Shown here piece by piece: positions 38,070-50,790 of a stretch of 64,000 nucleotides of DNA. Numbering within the stretch: position 1 is the first letter of the stretch; each line of letters opens with the position of its first letter. A program made the position numbers and the translations under genes. Source of the DNA: Camelus ferus (Eukaryota); contig NC_045696.1 of the NCBI RefSeq assembly GCF_009834535.1, positions 99,140,001 to 99,204,000 on the forward strand, read 5' to 3'. The notes beneath the pieces are model-generated. The model was not told the origin of the DNA. It did not search any database and saw nothing but the letters and a program-made list of their open reading frames with translations.

Positions 38070-38295
38070 TTGAAAATGGAAGAACTTTGGAATTAAATGT
38101 AAACTGGTTCAAATTAAGCAACTTAACTGGCTGTGTGAACCTGTGTAAATCACTTAAACTTTCTAAACCTCCATTTCCTCATCTGTAAAATGGAGATAAT
38201 TATGCACTTCTTTCTTGGTTATTGTTGTAAAGAGAATTTACATCCATATGGTACTGTGTACAACAGTAAGTACATAATAAATGGTTATTATTATT
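38070..38295 (+). mobile_element. MIR SINE
   Basis: ctggctgtgtgaacctgtgtaaatcacttaaactttctaaacctccatttcctcatctgtaaaatggagataat...aataaatggttattatt. Confidence 0.85.
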
Positions 38296-38914
38296 ACATA
38301 ACATTATGAGATAATGAAATCCCATTGAAGGCTTTGGTATTTTTTTTCTGGTCTCTTTCTAACCAACTGAACCAATTATGGGTGTTCACACATATACATA
38401 TAAATAATAAAGCATTACCTGTGTACATATATATGTTTGTGTATATATATATATGTTTGTTTTTTCAACAAACACTTATTAAGCCTCTGTGGAACTGTAC
38501 GGCAAACCCTGAATTTCTGTCGTATTTTGTATGTTCAACTTCAGAGTAGTAGCCATTCCTTTAGAATTCTAACCATCAAATTACAATCTTCACAATAATT
38601 ACAATTACGTTTTAAAATTTCAAAGCATTGTTTAAGACTGATAAAGTCAGGATATAATAAATGTAATAAAATGCATGTGTGTGTGCTCAAAGAAGGAAAT
38701 TCAGCAAAATGATTTTTTTTTTGGATAATGGGACAATTATTTTTTAATTATTCTTTCTTGCTTTACTGTAATGCCAAATTTTTTGAAAGTAGGTATCCTC
38801 TTTAAAAGAAAGATAAATGTGAAGTAACGAATAAAATATTTACCACCTAAATTTGGCAGTGTCCACAGTCACTACATTTAGAAACGTCACTTGGATTCGC
38901 GCTCCCGCTCCCTC

Positions 38915-39180
38915 CCCCGTCACACTATATGCACCCACTTTCAAGAGTAAATCTGTCTTTCAGGCTAAAGGGAGAACCATGACTGAAGGCTGAATAGAGG
39001 AAAGATTCAGTGACTAAGCAACAGACTGGAACCTCAGTGCTTGTGAATTTCATTCTAATTCTGTCCCTAATTTGTACTGTGCCCTGAGGAATTTCTCAGC
39101 CAGTTTCTGCCTCTCTTACTTGGTTTGTAAAATGGTGGCACCACAGTTACTCTTCCCCCTGGCCCTGCCTGGTTTCTGAG
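38915..39180 (+). repeat. Local dispersed duplication, copy B
   Basis: Direct-orientation homolog of 33644-33905, offset 5271 bp. Confidence 0.9.
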
Positions 39181-41224
39181 CAAGCACTGTGTACATAATT
39201 CAGCCCCCTGTTGGCTGTTCACAGTGATGCCTCACTGAGATCACATTCTCCCACTCAGAGCTGAGCATGCAAATAGGTCAATAACCATCAAACAGTCACC
39301 CTCTCGGATTGGCAAACCACTTAATATAGTATCTCACCGTCATTTGGTTTTCACTGGGAAAGAAATCAATACTGGTTGACTCATCCTGACACCGCTCTCT
39401 ACATCCCACAGAGACCTGGCAGTGGTTAAAGGCCCCAAGAGCATCTCCATCCACAATTAGTACTAGCTGACCGTGTCTCCTTACCCCCCAAAATGTGTTA
39501 GGATTTGAGGAAAATGAAAAGTAACTCTTCCTCCAAGAAAATGAGATCCTTCACTGGAGGTTGAGGAGCCTCTCATTTCACAGGTCACCCTACCACAACG
39601 TGTTTAACAAAACTCTATTTGAAGATTAAACACATTAATGTAGCCCAAGCTGAGGGCTCTTAACTTAAAATGTTAGGATGATTCAACATGCGACATCACT
39701 TCTTCAATCCTCATGCCGGGCTGAAGTTCATAGATGTGTTTTACCATGGTAAAACTTCTCCCGAACTTCAAACTCTGATACTGAGGAATAAACATGTGAA
39801 GTTCCAAGAAAGTCACAGAGAGCAACTCTAGCTGCTTCCTGCCTAGAAACAGTGACTTCAAGGCCCCTCCTGTGGGTATCAGGCATGTCATCCGTGCTGG
39901 CTGGGGGCAGGTCAGGCTGTGACCATGGCAGAGACCAGGCGTGGCAGAGCCCTGGTGGAGGAATGGTTCTTTAATGCCTTGACCGAACTTGATTTCATTT
40001 AAGGAGCCGTATCTTATGCTGTCTCCATAAAGCCACTGATGGAAAGATAATTGATTTCAAAGATCTTTTTTCAGAAAGCCCACCTTTAACTGTAAGTGTT
40101 GTTGGCTTTCCGTCAGGAAAGTGAAATATCCTGGTCTACAATTACTACAGACCCTTTAGGAACTTTTGGTGGAATCGTGTCATGTTAACAGTTAGCCAGA
40201 CTCGGTATGAAGAATGTTTACAGTTTCTCACTTGTATTCTGGCCCATGGTTCCATATTATAATTCCTGAGAGCCTCCAGGTTTTTCGTTTATCATCATCT
40301 GGTGATGTTGCCACATTTCACGTGCACAGAAGGTTTGGAGGACTCTGTGAATTTACTGTGCTTTCAGACAGTACCCAGCTGTCTTTGAAAACAGATTTTA
40401 AGAATTTTCAGTTTAGAATGACATCTAGAAAAGAACCACCCATACAGGTTTCCCTACTTCCCACTCAAATACACAGGAAAAAAAAAAAAAACACCAAATC
40501 CTACACCATAACTAAAAGTTGAGACTGAATAAAAACACCAAATATCAAAATTAAACTATGAAAGGAATATAACTGTCTTGATTTTTTAACAATCTGGGCT
40601 TCATCGCAGTAAATATAGACTACTTTTAAAAAGGAGGGGAACATTGATTATTCTCTAATTCAGACACTCACAATTTCTAGCAACCTGGAAACCAAGTGTT
40701 AATTTCTTTACTATACAGGTTTAAGATGCTTCCTTTTTAATTAACCAGAAAACTATTTTATAGATGCGCATACACAGAAACTCCTCCCCATTCCTACTCC
40801 CCCAATTTTCACACCACATCCACCTATAGACCATCTGGAAGGATGGGCAGTGGCAAATTGCATCCTGAGATGTGTACAAGCTGAAGCCAGGTAGCAGTGC
40901 ATGCTGGAATCTGTAGTTTTTCAATATATTCCATGAGTTCAGGGTGTTGAGATCAAATGGAAAAGGGATAGAAAGAGACCCTAAGGAGAGCAGAATTGTA
41001 CAATGAAAATTTCTGCTAGAATGTCAACTTGCATTCTGACTTCAAATCTGAAAAAAAAAAAAATTCAGCTGCTATTCACATGGACAAGAGTGGGTCCAGG
41101 AGTTACCTGTGTGTAAAAATCTTAAGTGTGGCTAGATCTTGCCATGTTAATAAACAAATACATGTAAAAGTTCAACCTAATGTCTCTGAGAAACATTATA
41201 TAAAGGAAAGAGAGATAATTCTAA

Positions 41225-41450
41225 AACTATTTATTCATTTGTTCAACAAATATTTTTTGAACTTGTTCTATGTAATGAACACTGTGTGAAGCACTGGAGA
41301 TAGAAGGGAAAATAAATCAGTCATGGGTCTTCTGCATAAAATTTAAAGTCAAATAGGTAGGACAGGTATTAATAAAAAATCATGCACATATATTTAAAAA
41401 CTGCTGTAAGTATAAAGAGAGATACAGAGAGACAGAGAAAGCTGTATTAT
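41225..41450 (-). mobile_element. L2 3' end remnant
   Basis: ttcatttgttcaacaaatattttttga...cactgtgtgaagcactggagatagaaggg. Confidence 0.75.
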
Positions 41451-41569
41451 AAGCACACAAGACAAAATTTTATAAAATTGCTTGACATTCTCAGGTATGT
41501 CAATGTATGTAAATATATTTTATTTTTTGTACTTGTAAATGTAAAATGAAGTGGGAAAAGATGTGGCCT

Positions 41570-42152
41570 TTATGAAAAAGAAACAGAAGATCATAATAAG
41601 AGAACAAACAAAAAAACCAAAAAAGACAATATGGACTGAATACAAGGTAATAAAAGATGCAATGACAAAATAAAAAATACTGAAAACAGAACCGAACCAA
41701 TGTGGAAAAACTGGAATCAGTAATATGTAAAAGAAAATTAAGAAAGCCGTCCCTAGAATAATGAGAATATGGACACAGAGATGAAAATGATAGAAATGAT
41801 GATGACAGTTTTAGAAAGCACAGGCAGAGAACTACCATGTGAATAGCTTGAGTTTCTAAAAAGTGACCACAGTAGATAGGAACCCTCCCAAAAAAATAGT
41901 CAAAAAGTGGCAGGAGAGGTGAAAGTGGATGGAATAGTCTAAACAGCCAAAAATCTGTGTAGCTAACATCATAGTCACTGCTGAAAGACTGCAGGTGTTT
42001 CCTTGAGATCAGGAACAATACAAGGATAGCTGCTTTCTATTCAACAGAGTCCTGGAAATTCTAGTAGAGTGATGAGGCAAGAAAAAGAAATCAGAGACAT
42101 TCAACCTGGAAAGGAAGAAATAAAATTATCTCTATTCACGGATAGCATATAC
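41570..42152 (+). mobile_element. Degraded LINE-1 pieces (ORF1-like A-rich segment, then ORF2 RT fragment at ~41985-42152)
   Basis: gagatcaggaacaatacaagga...ctattcaaca.agtcctggaaattctag...aggcaagaaaaagaaatc...ggaaaggaagaaataaaattatctctattcac is the L1 RT region (SGTRQG...RQEKEIK..GKEE.KLSLF). Confidence 0.75.
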
Positions 42153-43049
42153 TTGGTTAGCAGACATTTGGTCCTATCTGAAACATCCATGGACACACTT
42201 GGTTCATGACAAAAGGCCCTTGATATTTGGTCTTGCCCACAACCATTTCGCATGAACCAAATATGCTCATAAATGGGATTGCACATGGGAGTAGACATTC
42301 AGCAATCTCGGATTCACCACCCCACTCACCTGTTGATTCATTGATTGATTTCTTGTTAATTTATTTATTTTTGCCAGATGAATAAGTGAGTATTAGTTGA
42401 ACATAACCCCTCTGAGAAACATAAGGATAGTATCTTGCTATTTAAATCAATTTAACAAATGTATATAGACAACTGCAGTATGTCTAGAAATTTTCCAATT
42501 ATTGGAAAATGAGAGATGCACAAGGCAAGACCCTATAGTCACACTAGAGTTAGGAGACTCATAAACAATTGATAAAGCCCCTACTGTGTGTGGTCTTAAA
42601 AGGAAGTGACCCCCTTCCACCACGGAAGTCCAGGGAAACATAACAGTTCCTCTCCCTGTCCTTGTCCTGTTACCAACTGTACACTTGCATAGGTTCCCTA
42701 ATCAGAAACACAGCCTCACACATGGGATTTCAAATCCTGAATGCGTGACTTAACAATACAGAGATTACAGGAGTTAGAATTTCCCTGCAGCATCGAGAGA
42801 GCATGGGAAAGACGGTTCCTCCAACTTGGTGTTTGCTGTGGTATAAGTTGCCTAACGCTTGGGTTTCGTTCACTTTCCAGCCTGGTCTTCCGCCTTTCTA
42901 CGATGTATGGATTGCTGATTTTCATCCAGACAACCAGAGCTGATTTCCGTGGCTGATAACCAAGAAGTCTCTAATGCCAAAAGAGAAGGTACCACAACTC
43001 GTGGCCTACAGAGAGCTAATGCTTTTATAGCAACAAGGAGGAAAATACT

Positions 43050-43290
43050 GTTGTTATACAACAATATGCGTGTGCCTAACAAGACTGAATTGTCCACACA
43101 AAAAGGTTATGACCGTAAACTTCATGTTGTATGTATTTACCAAAATTTTTTTAAAAGCTTGAAAAAAGGGCGGGCAGAAACTTTTGGTTTTCGATGGTGG
43201 AAACATATATCAAAACATCAAAATGTACATTTAAAATATGTGCAATTTACTTTAACTCAATTATGTGTCAATCCATTTACAAAACAGATA
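43050..43290 (+). mobile_element. Two short old L1 3'-end remnants
   Basis: acaacaatatgcgtgtgcctaacaagactgaattgt...; atcaaaacatcaaaatgtacatttaaaatatgtgcaattta. Confidence 0.6.
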
Positions 43291-43779
43291 TTAAAAACTT
43301 GTCACTTCCTAATCATTTGATGCTTTAAAAAAAATCAAAGACGGTATTATGAAATGGATGCTTGACAAGGTCTGCATTAAAGAAATAAAATTTGTGTTGA
43401 CCTTTGAGAGCTGGATAAGAATTAAAGAAGCCCAGAAATGGAAAGGAAGAGAAAATTGCCAATAGGACACAACCAGGTGAGGAGGGAAGTACGGCTGTGC
43501 GTAGCAGGTGTTGGTGAGTGAAACAAAGGATTGGTGTCAATGAGTCATATGCTGAACGGTTATGGAAAAGTCAGCTTTTGGAAACTTTGACTATCAAAAA
43601 AATAAAAAGGACTAGGGGAATTGACCTTCTATGCAAGAACAAAGAGAATTGTGAATAGGAATCAATCTCCTGAGTATGAAATTATAAAGCTAAAGAGCTA
43701 CATCTGCCCTTGTTTAAGCTTTGACTCGTTAACTTGTGCATTCCTTTATGTTACTGTCTCTATATGTCACCATTCTTTT

Positions 43780-44268
43780 CTATGGCATATCATGTAATTT
43801 GCTTTGCTGAATCTCTTTTCCAATCTCCTCCCAATGTGCCTTTGTATGCTACAAAGGCTAGGAAGTTAAAGACTGAGTGTCTCAGATTCCTTTGCAGTTA
43901 GCTTTCCAGATACTATGTTCTGCTGTCAGATGTTTTCATGCAGGACTAGAATCTGGATCTGAAGTAAATGGAAGAGAAGTGACATGAGACGTCGGGTTTG
44001 CTAGTGGAAATTGGGCCAGAGGCAGCAGGGAGCCAGGTGGTTCCGTTGCAGCTTCCCAGGTAAACAAGGTCATGGCAACAGCAGCAGTCCCCCTGGCAGC
44101 CCAGTTCTGGAGTATGGCTCTCATAGGTGTTCCTGGAAACTCAGCTTAAAGTCCTTTTCTTGAGCCCTCCCAGAGATTCAGCAAGACACTTAACACCCTG
44201 CCATAAATCTTGTTCTGCTGAAACTAGCTCACTGAGTTCTGTTCTCTGTAGCTAGCCCCGACAAATAT
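43780..44268 (+). mobile_element. ERVL LTR33-like solo LTR
   Basis: aggctaggaagttaaagact...ctcagattcctttgcagttag...tgttcctggaaactcagc...taaatcttgttctgctgaaactagct...ttctgttctctgtagct. Confidence 0.7.
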
Positions 44269-44957
44269 ATTTATTCTAACTGCACTAGTTTGGGGAAAAA
44301 AAAAAAAAAGGTATCCTGTTATAAATAGTTTATTAATGAATAGCATGTTTAGGTACAAAAACACAGTTACTTACCTCTTTCTTTCAAAACTGTGAAATAT
44401 TAAAATTCACCACACTATCACACTCAGTGTCTCTCTGTGCTCTTATGAAAGAGATAGGCTCTTTACCTAATCTTATTCAGGAGAGCATCAGTGCTAAAAG
44501 AATCAGTATGATGTATGTGCCTTTTTTGGTGTTGCTAAAATATTTCTCTTGATTGATTAGAAAAGTATAAAGTAATTCATCCTGATCAGGAAATATTTAT
44601 TTGGCAGGAGTGAGACTCAGTTTTATTCAAGATGCTCTTTAACATATTACATTAAAATTAACTGTTGTAATGACAATAAAATTCACCAAGAAAATCCTAT
44701 GATGCTATTCATATGATGAAGGAGTTTTGTTGTTGTTGTTGTTATGCAGACTATTTGCAGAGTTGACTCAGGAATTTAAATTTTTTTTCCCTCATAAGAA
44801 AAGTAAAGTATATCCCTAGATTACTCACAGTCGCAAAAATATATCACTTGTTTTATGAAAAAGTGATTTGTTTTTAATAAACAAAACATTCCAGTTGTTG
44901 ACAAGTTGAAATAATAATGCTACTTGGTTGATGTCATTGGTTTTAAAGGGAAAAAGA

Positions 44958-44960
<3 letters not shown>

Positions 44961-44996
<36 letters not shown>
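44961..44996 (+). repeat. (TG)18 microsatellite
   Basis: Read directly from the sequence. Confidence 0.97.
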
Positions 44997-45000
<4 letters not shown>

Positions 45001-46319
45001 CCAGTATCTGAAAGCTACTAGCTTTTTCTCTAATACGTGGAAAGTATTGGGTATGTGGGTATGCTAGTTTGCATCCCAGAATTAGGGAAGCACAGAAAAC
45101 TGATTTTTGTATGCTTTTGCTCTTAGCAGCAGGGTATAAACATTTTTAAAAGAAATTATAAAATTGAGTATTAGCATACTGTGTACATTTCAGACTTACA
45201 AGACTGTAATGTCATATACCACGTATGCGTATATTGTTTGTGGATGTGGTATAAAATCTTTCCCACCATGTCCCTATTTTGCATTTGTTTAAATCAGTAG
45301 CTAAATAAATTCTAATAAGATCATACTAATATTTCTCCATGCACCAGCATGTCACTCATGAGGTATTTAACATATTTCTATTGATTTAAATAGTAAGCAT
45401 ATTATTTGTCTTGACACGTTATGCTTTTTCATAATGTTTTCAGCAAATACACCAACCGATGTCGAATAGATAAAAACTTAAAAATAGAAACTTGTAAGCA
45501 GAAATGAGTCAAACAAAAAGTCAATTTGATAAAGTATTTACAAGGTACCTGCTATACACTTTGCACTGACTTACAGTCTGTACCTATACAAAGGTTCATC
45601 TAACCAGCACAACAAAGAATGATGGAAAAATCTTTTAAATCTGAACACACTCCAAGCCCATTTGATCAGAGTTGAGTTTTTCACACAACGAGCTATTCAC
45701 CTGGGCCTCAGAGCCACTTCCAAACTCTCAGGAAAGAGGGACAAAAATGCAATTGTTCTGACCCTAGATACCTAACTGCATGACCCTCTTTTTATAAAAT
45801 TCTTTTTTATTCTGAAGGTGAGTTGGCTTCCTGGAATTTATGTTCAAATGCAATTTGGAGTTCTTAAAAACATAATCTCCTTAACTTAAACATTTTGCAT
45901 TTGCATGAGACACCAGGGAATATGAAATGATGCACTAATTGAAACATGACTTAATAAGCAGTCCATGAAGCCAGGAGAGCCCCTGAACTATAATCCCAGC
46001 TTGGATACCACTTGCTGTGTTTCTTTGGTTTAATTGAATAATACACCAGAATTTTAGTTCCCCCATTTGTTGAAAGAAATAAACAGTGAAGGTGCCTGTC
46101 ACTGAAAAATTGAATAAATTAAATATTTATTTTTTTACCATTTTGTGAGGATGAACTATATATGCAAAGTCATGTTTGCTGAAAATAGGACTTGCAGCCT
46201 AAAAAGCCTCTTCTACAGTGGAAAAGTCTATCAAAATCTATAGGTTATGTCTTGACTGTTGATTACTGATTTCTCAACCCTGGTTGTTGTATATTTATTT
46301 AATGCAATAATAGATTAAT

Positions 46320-47020
46320 TAGTAATTCAACAAATTAAAATGGCATGAGGCATTAAGAAGAATGAGGCAGATCTGTATGTACTGATAGGAAAAAGCCTCC
46401 AAATGTGTTGCTTAAAAAGAGATGAGAGAGGACATGAGAGAGAGAGAAACTGATTCTGACCCAGCCACAAGGCACTTAAGTTTTTGGTGCTTAAGACCAC
46501 ATTTATTTCATCCTCATAAATACAGCACCTGTCTCAATGCCTGGGTCAAATTAGATGGTAAATAAGTGCACTTGTGAATATGACTATCATCTCCAGGATG
46601 TCATTTAGACATTCCACAAATAAAGTAAAAAAGGTTATACCTCAAATTAATAAATATTTTATAAGCTCTTTTATAAGGAGTTCTGAAATTGTAAGCCAGT
46701 AAAATACTGAACCATTAAGGAAAGAATTAAGTACATTGCATTATAACCACTTACTGAAATATTGTGTAACTATTAAAAATTAATTTGAAAAATGGTGTAG
46801 TAATCAATAAGAATATTTACGGTAGGAAGTTAAAAGAAAAATGAAGGATCTGTTAAAACAATATGCATATAGTTTATGAGCCAACAATTCTACTCCAAGG
46901 TACATAGCCAATAAAAATGTATACATATATATTCACTAAAAGACAGGGACAGGAATTTTCATAATGAAATTATTTGTAGTTACCAAAAACTAGATATTTA
47001 TTCATCCTACTATTGATGGA
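46320..47020 (+). mobile_element. Scattered L1ME-type remnants
   Basis: aagaatgaggcagatctgtatgtactgataggaaa...; atgagccaacaattctactccaaggtacata...aaaactaga. Confidence 0.5.
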
Positions 47021-47204
47021 CAAGAAAATGTGCTTTGGCATCATCACATTTATTTTCTTATTGTCATGATTTTCGTAAGAAGTATTCTATTGCCAACCTA
47101 CGAGGCACAAAATCAGGAACTAGAAATCATTCCAATTGGGACTCATGTAGAATAATAATAGATGGCAGTTTTAAAAGTCTTGAAAGTATCGTGATGCTTA
47201 AAAG

Positions 47205-47640
47205 ATGCTGTACAGCTGGACACCACAGTTCATCAGGTGTGCAGGTGACCAGGTATACTGGACTGCACCTCCGTTTCCTGTGGGAGAGGCAGGAGCACAA
47301 GGCGGGTGTGCCCTTTTACAGTAGTTGGTGCCCAGCCCACAGCTACACTCTGGGAAACCACACTTCAATGAGAGAGAGCAGCCTTTAGCTTCCAACAGTA
47401 GTTGAGCCACCAGGAGCCAGGAGCCATCAGCAATAGCAGGGGAAAGGGAGGTGGAAGACCCTGGCTAGAGATGCGCTGGCAGGAGAGGGGAAAATGACTG
47501 CAGGAACAGCAGGAGCCAGAGAGGGCAGTAGGAGCCACAGGAAGAGATGCTGTGAGTTCTTCACTTGGTATAATGACTGCCCCAAGGTGAATGCATAAAA
47601 GTAACAAAATATGACATCTCATTATAGTCTGGCTTTAGTG
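47205..47640. mobile_element. Possible ancient LTR remnant (GC/purine-rich)
   Basis: GC-richer block with reiterated aggagcca motifs ending near ataaaagt; family not identified. Confidence 0.3.
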
Positions 47641-48504
47641 TCAGCCCTCAGTCAGCAGGACTGACTGACATAAGCTAAAAATAAAGCCAACAATACAAAT
47701 CTCCATTCCCTTGGTCTCTGACACATCAGAGTGGTAACGGCTTATGGACCGGCCAGCTGCAGCCTTTGACAGTCTCAATTACTTCAAATAATAGTGTCAC
47801 TTAACAACGTTTAAATAGTTTGAAGATTCCAGCAGTAACTACTTCAAAATAAAAACCCTGTGTCGTGGTTTTTATCTTATCTCAGTAAAGCAACTAGTAG
47901 GGAGCAGACTGGCTAAAAGACTAACCCTGCAAGGACCATCAGAGAACGTTTGGAAGCTCCCAAATGAGCAGGCAGATGCCCAAGCACTTTGTCTCTCCCA
48001 TCAGAAGGTAAGGGCTTCTTTCTGGCTTTTCCCTGGAAGACATTTTGTGGAAAGCAGCTAATATGCCTATTGTTGACAAAGCATCATCTGCTCTTCCTAC
48101 GTGAATGTCATCGTTCCTCAGCTGTTTCACACAGCACTCTCCATGACCCCTCACTCCACAAGCAGTAAAGGCCAGCCAGCTCAGGAATCTGGACCAGTCC
48201 TAGGACAGAGGTTGCTCTACTTCGTATTCAAAGAGTGAAATAAGAAGAAATTGTACATTGAAATTCAACTGATATCAAAAGGATTTGCTTGTCCAAGCAT
48301 TAAACATATTACGAGATTTAAATCACCATTACCCACAAAATAATCTCTTTGGAAAATTAACCCAAAGCTGAAAATTTAGGTTGGAAATCATTCAACAACA
48401 GAGAATTCTGTTAAGATACCATATTCCTTCAAGGGCAGGTTTTTAGAATTATTAAACTAATAACCTGAAACAAGTGTATTTTTCAGTGTCCTTTTATAAG
48501 ACAC

Positions 48505-49400
48505 TCAACAAGTATAGCTCAGGGACTACTACTTACAAGAAAATGTGCTGGTACTAAAGTGGATAAAAAGATAAATTGGAGACAAAAACTCCAGACTTTA
48601 TAATCTTACAGGGAAATTGACACACATAATAATGACAATTCTAGGGAATATATGATTTTATTATTGAATGACTTCTGTGGACCTGACACTGTACCAGGTG
48701 CCAAGTGTATACACCAATATTCCGGATTTGGGGAGCTTATACTATAATGAAAAGGGCAGATATACAAGCAAACAAGTTACAGAACAACATAAGGGTTAAG
48801 CAGGGGTACATAAAATCTATGTTATCAAAGCAGAGAGGAAGAAATGGTTAATTGAGCCAGCCAGGGAAATTAGAGAGAATTGATCACCTCTGGCGCTTGG
48901 CAGTTGAACTGGATTTTGAAAGATGGGTAGGATCTCACCAGGGAGAGAACAGAATTGATGACAGGATATTCCAAGCAAAATGAACTAGTAGACACAAATA
49001 AGACTCAAATCTGAAAGGCCAGGGGGATGATAGACACTGTAATCCAGTTTTGGCCTGTTTTCCTGACATGATTGTTTTTCTCGCAAAAGTGCTGCTTTTT
49101 GGACAATCCAGCATATGGTCAGCCTAACGAAAGAGCATAGCATAGTTCGGAATTGCTGGAACCTCAGGCATATTGGAGAAAGTGAGTGAGACTAAAGAAA
49201 CATATTAAGGAATCAAACTATTTTTCTTCCTATAGGCCATGGGGAGATGTCAGAAAGGTTTAACAGGGGATGTATCAGAATATGTGCATTTTGCACTAAG
49301 ACTGATTGGCTACATAAAGACTGGACCAGGATGTAGGGCATGACTAGAGAGTCTGATATATAGGAATGAACTCAGGTATTAGTTAATGGAGAAGAAAATC
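48505..49400 (-). mobile_element. Stacked L2 remnants
   Basis: actcaacaagtat...tgtgctggtact; tgacactgtaccaggtgcc...ggagcttatactataatg...ttgaactggattttgaaagatgggtaggat. Confidence 0.6.
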
Positions 49401-49539
49401 TAGGTTCTGGTAAAAATCAATAGGGCCTTAAAGACTAATCAACTAAAGAAGACACTCAGGACAGCCTCTTTTCTCATTCCCCGCTGAAGTGGATTCGAAA
49501 CCTTCAAGCCCCAAGTCATGAATGTCAGACCCCAGGTGA

Positions 49540-50790
49540 CAGTCTAGGATTGTGTCCACCTAGCTTCCTGACCCTAGCTCCAAGATTTTTTCCATCCCTG
49601 TCTTGTATCTTCAATATCTCCCGTCATCCACATAAACTTATAAATATATCCATTTCTCCAACACTTAAAACAAAAAAAGAAGCTTTTCCCATATGGCTTT
49701 TCCCATTTCTCTCATGCTTGTCATCTCTAGATTACACTCATGATCCCCAGCCCTCTACTGTCTCTGCTATTAAGCAAATAAAAATAACAACCATCACAGT
49801 AATAACTAACAGGGATTGAGCGCTTACTAGTTTCTGCCATGATGCTTTGTATCCTCTGTCTTGTTAGTCTTCTCACCGAAATGAATAATGTAGGTGCTGT
49901 TACTATTCCTTTTTTACCGAGCCAGAGAAAATGAGGCTCAGAGAAGCCATCAAAAAGACCACTTTCTGGGCAACATCAGCCCAAGAGGCTCCAGCCATTG
50001 GTTGTGTACTGACGACTCCTAATGTAACAATTCCAAGGCTAGCTCTTCCCTCCTGAGCTCCCCATCTTCTGAACCTTGTGCAAGACATTTCCACTTAAAT
50101 AATGTGCTGAAACCCCAACCTCTACATGCACAAAACTGAACCTATAATCAACAGGCTCCTTTCAATAGTTCCACAGCCCCAACAAAAATAAACCACCTGG
50201 TAATCTGTGCTAGGTACTTGAGACCGAATCTTGGTTCTTCCTTCTCGACCTTTCATCTTGCTTCAGCCACCACCATCAACTGTTCACCACGTCCCATGGA
50301 TGTACCTCCAAAATCTCTCTCGTATTCATGCCTCCCTCCCCCTACACTGCCCAAATCCAGCCCTACATCATCTCTTAACTCTGACATTACAATAGCTACA
50401 TGCTTCAATCTTTCAACCGCTTCTTTCCCTGCCAGCACACCAATCACAGCCATCTTTCCTACACAGATGGTTACATCTGTAGACTTCATACACAGCTCTG
50501 ATCAGCCCCATGCTTAAAATCTTTATGGGCTCAAAACTTAGCTCAAATGTCAGCCCCTTTTTGAAATCTTCCAACTGTGCTCCCTGCCCAAAGGAGAACT
50601 ACCTTTAGAGGTTTCCTATCTTACTTTGTATGCTGGGTTAGTATTTATCACATTTATAATATGTGGCCATATATGCTGTATTTCTTCCCTCTCAACCCAT
50701 AGTGCCTTGATGGTAGGATCTGGACTTACTTTTGCATACCCAGCATCAAGCATAGTGCTTAGCATCCACGTTGAATAAATGTTTACCTAA
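49540..50790 (+). mobile_element. L2 remnant with a MIR (minus strand) at ~49800-49970
   Basis: ccctcctgagctcc...atttccactt...aaaactgaac...tcagccccatgcttaaaatct...ctcaaatgtca...catagtgcttagca...ttgaataaatg. Confidence 0.65.

Noticed and set aside
41500..42018. Longest ORF in the window (172 aa, F/L-rich, minus strand)
   Set aside because: Antisense reading of an A-rich L1 remnant; the composition is explained by T-richness and there is no recognisable domain
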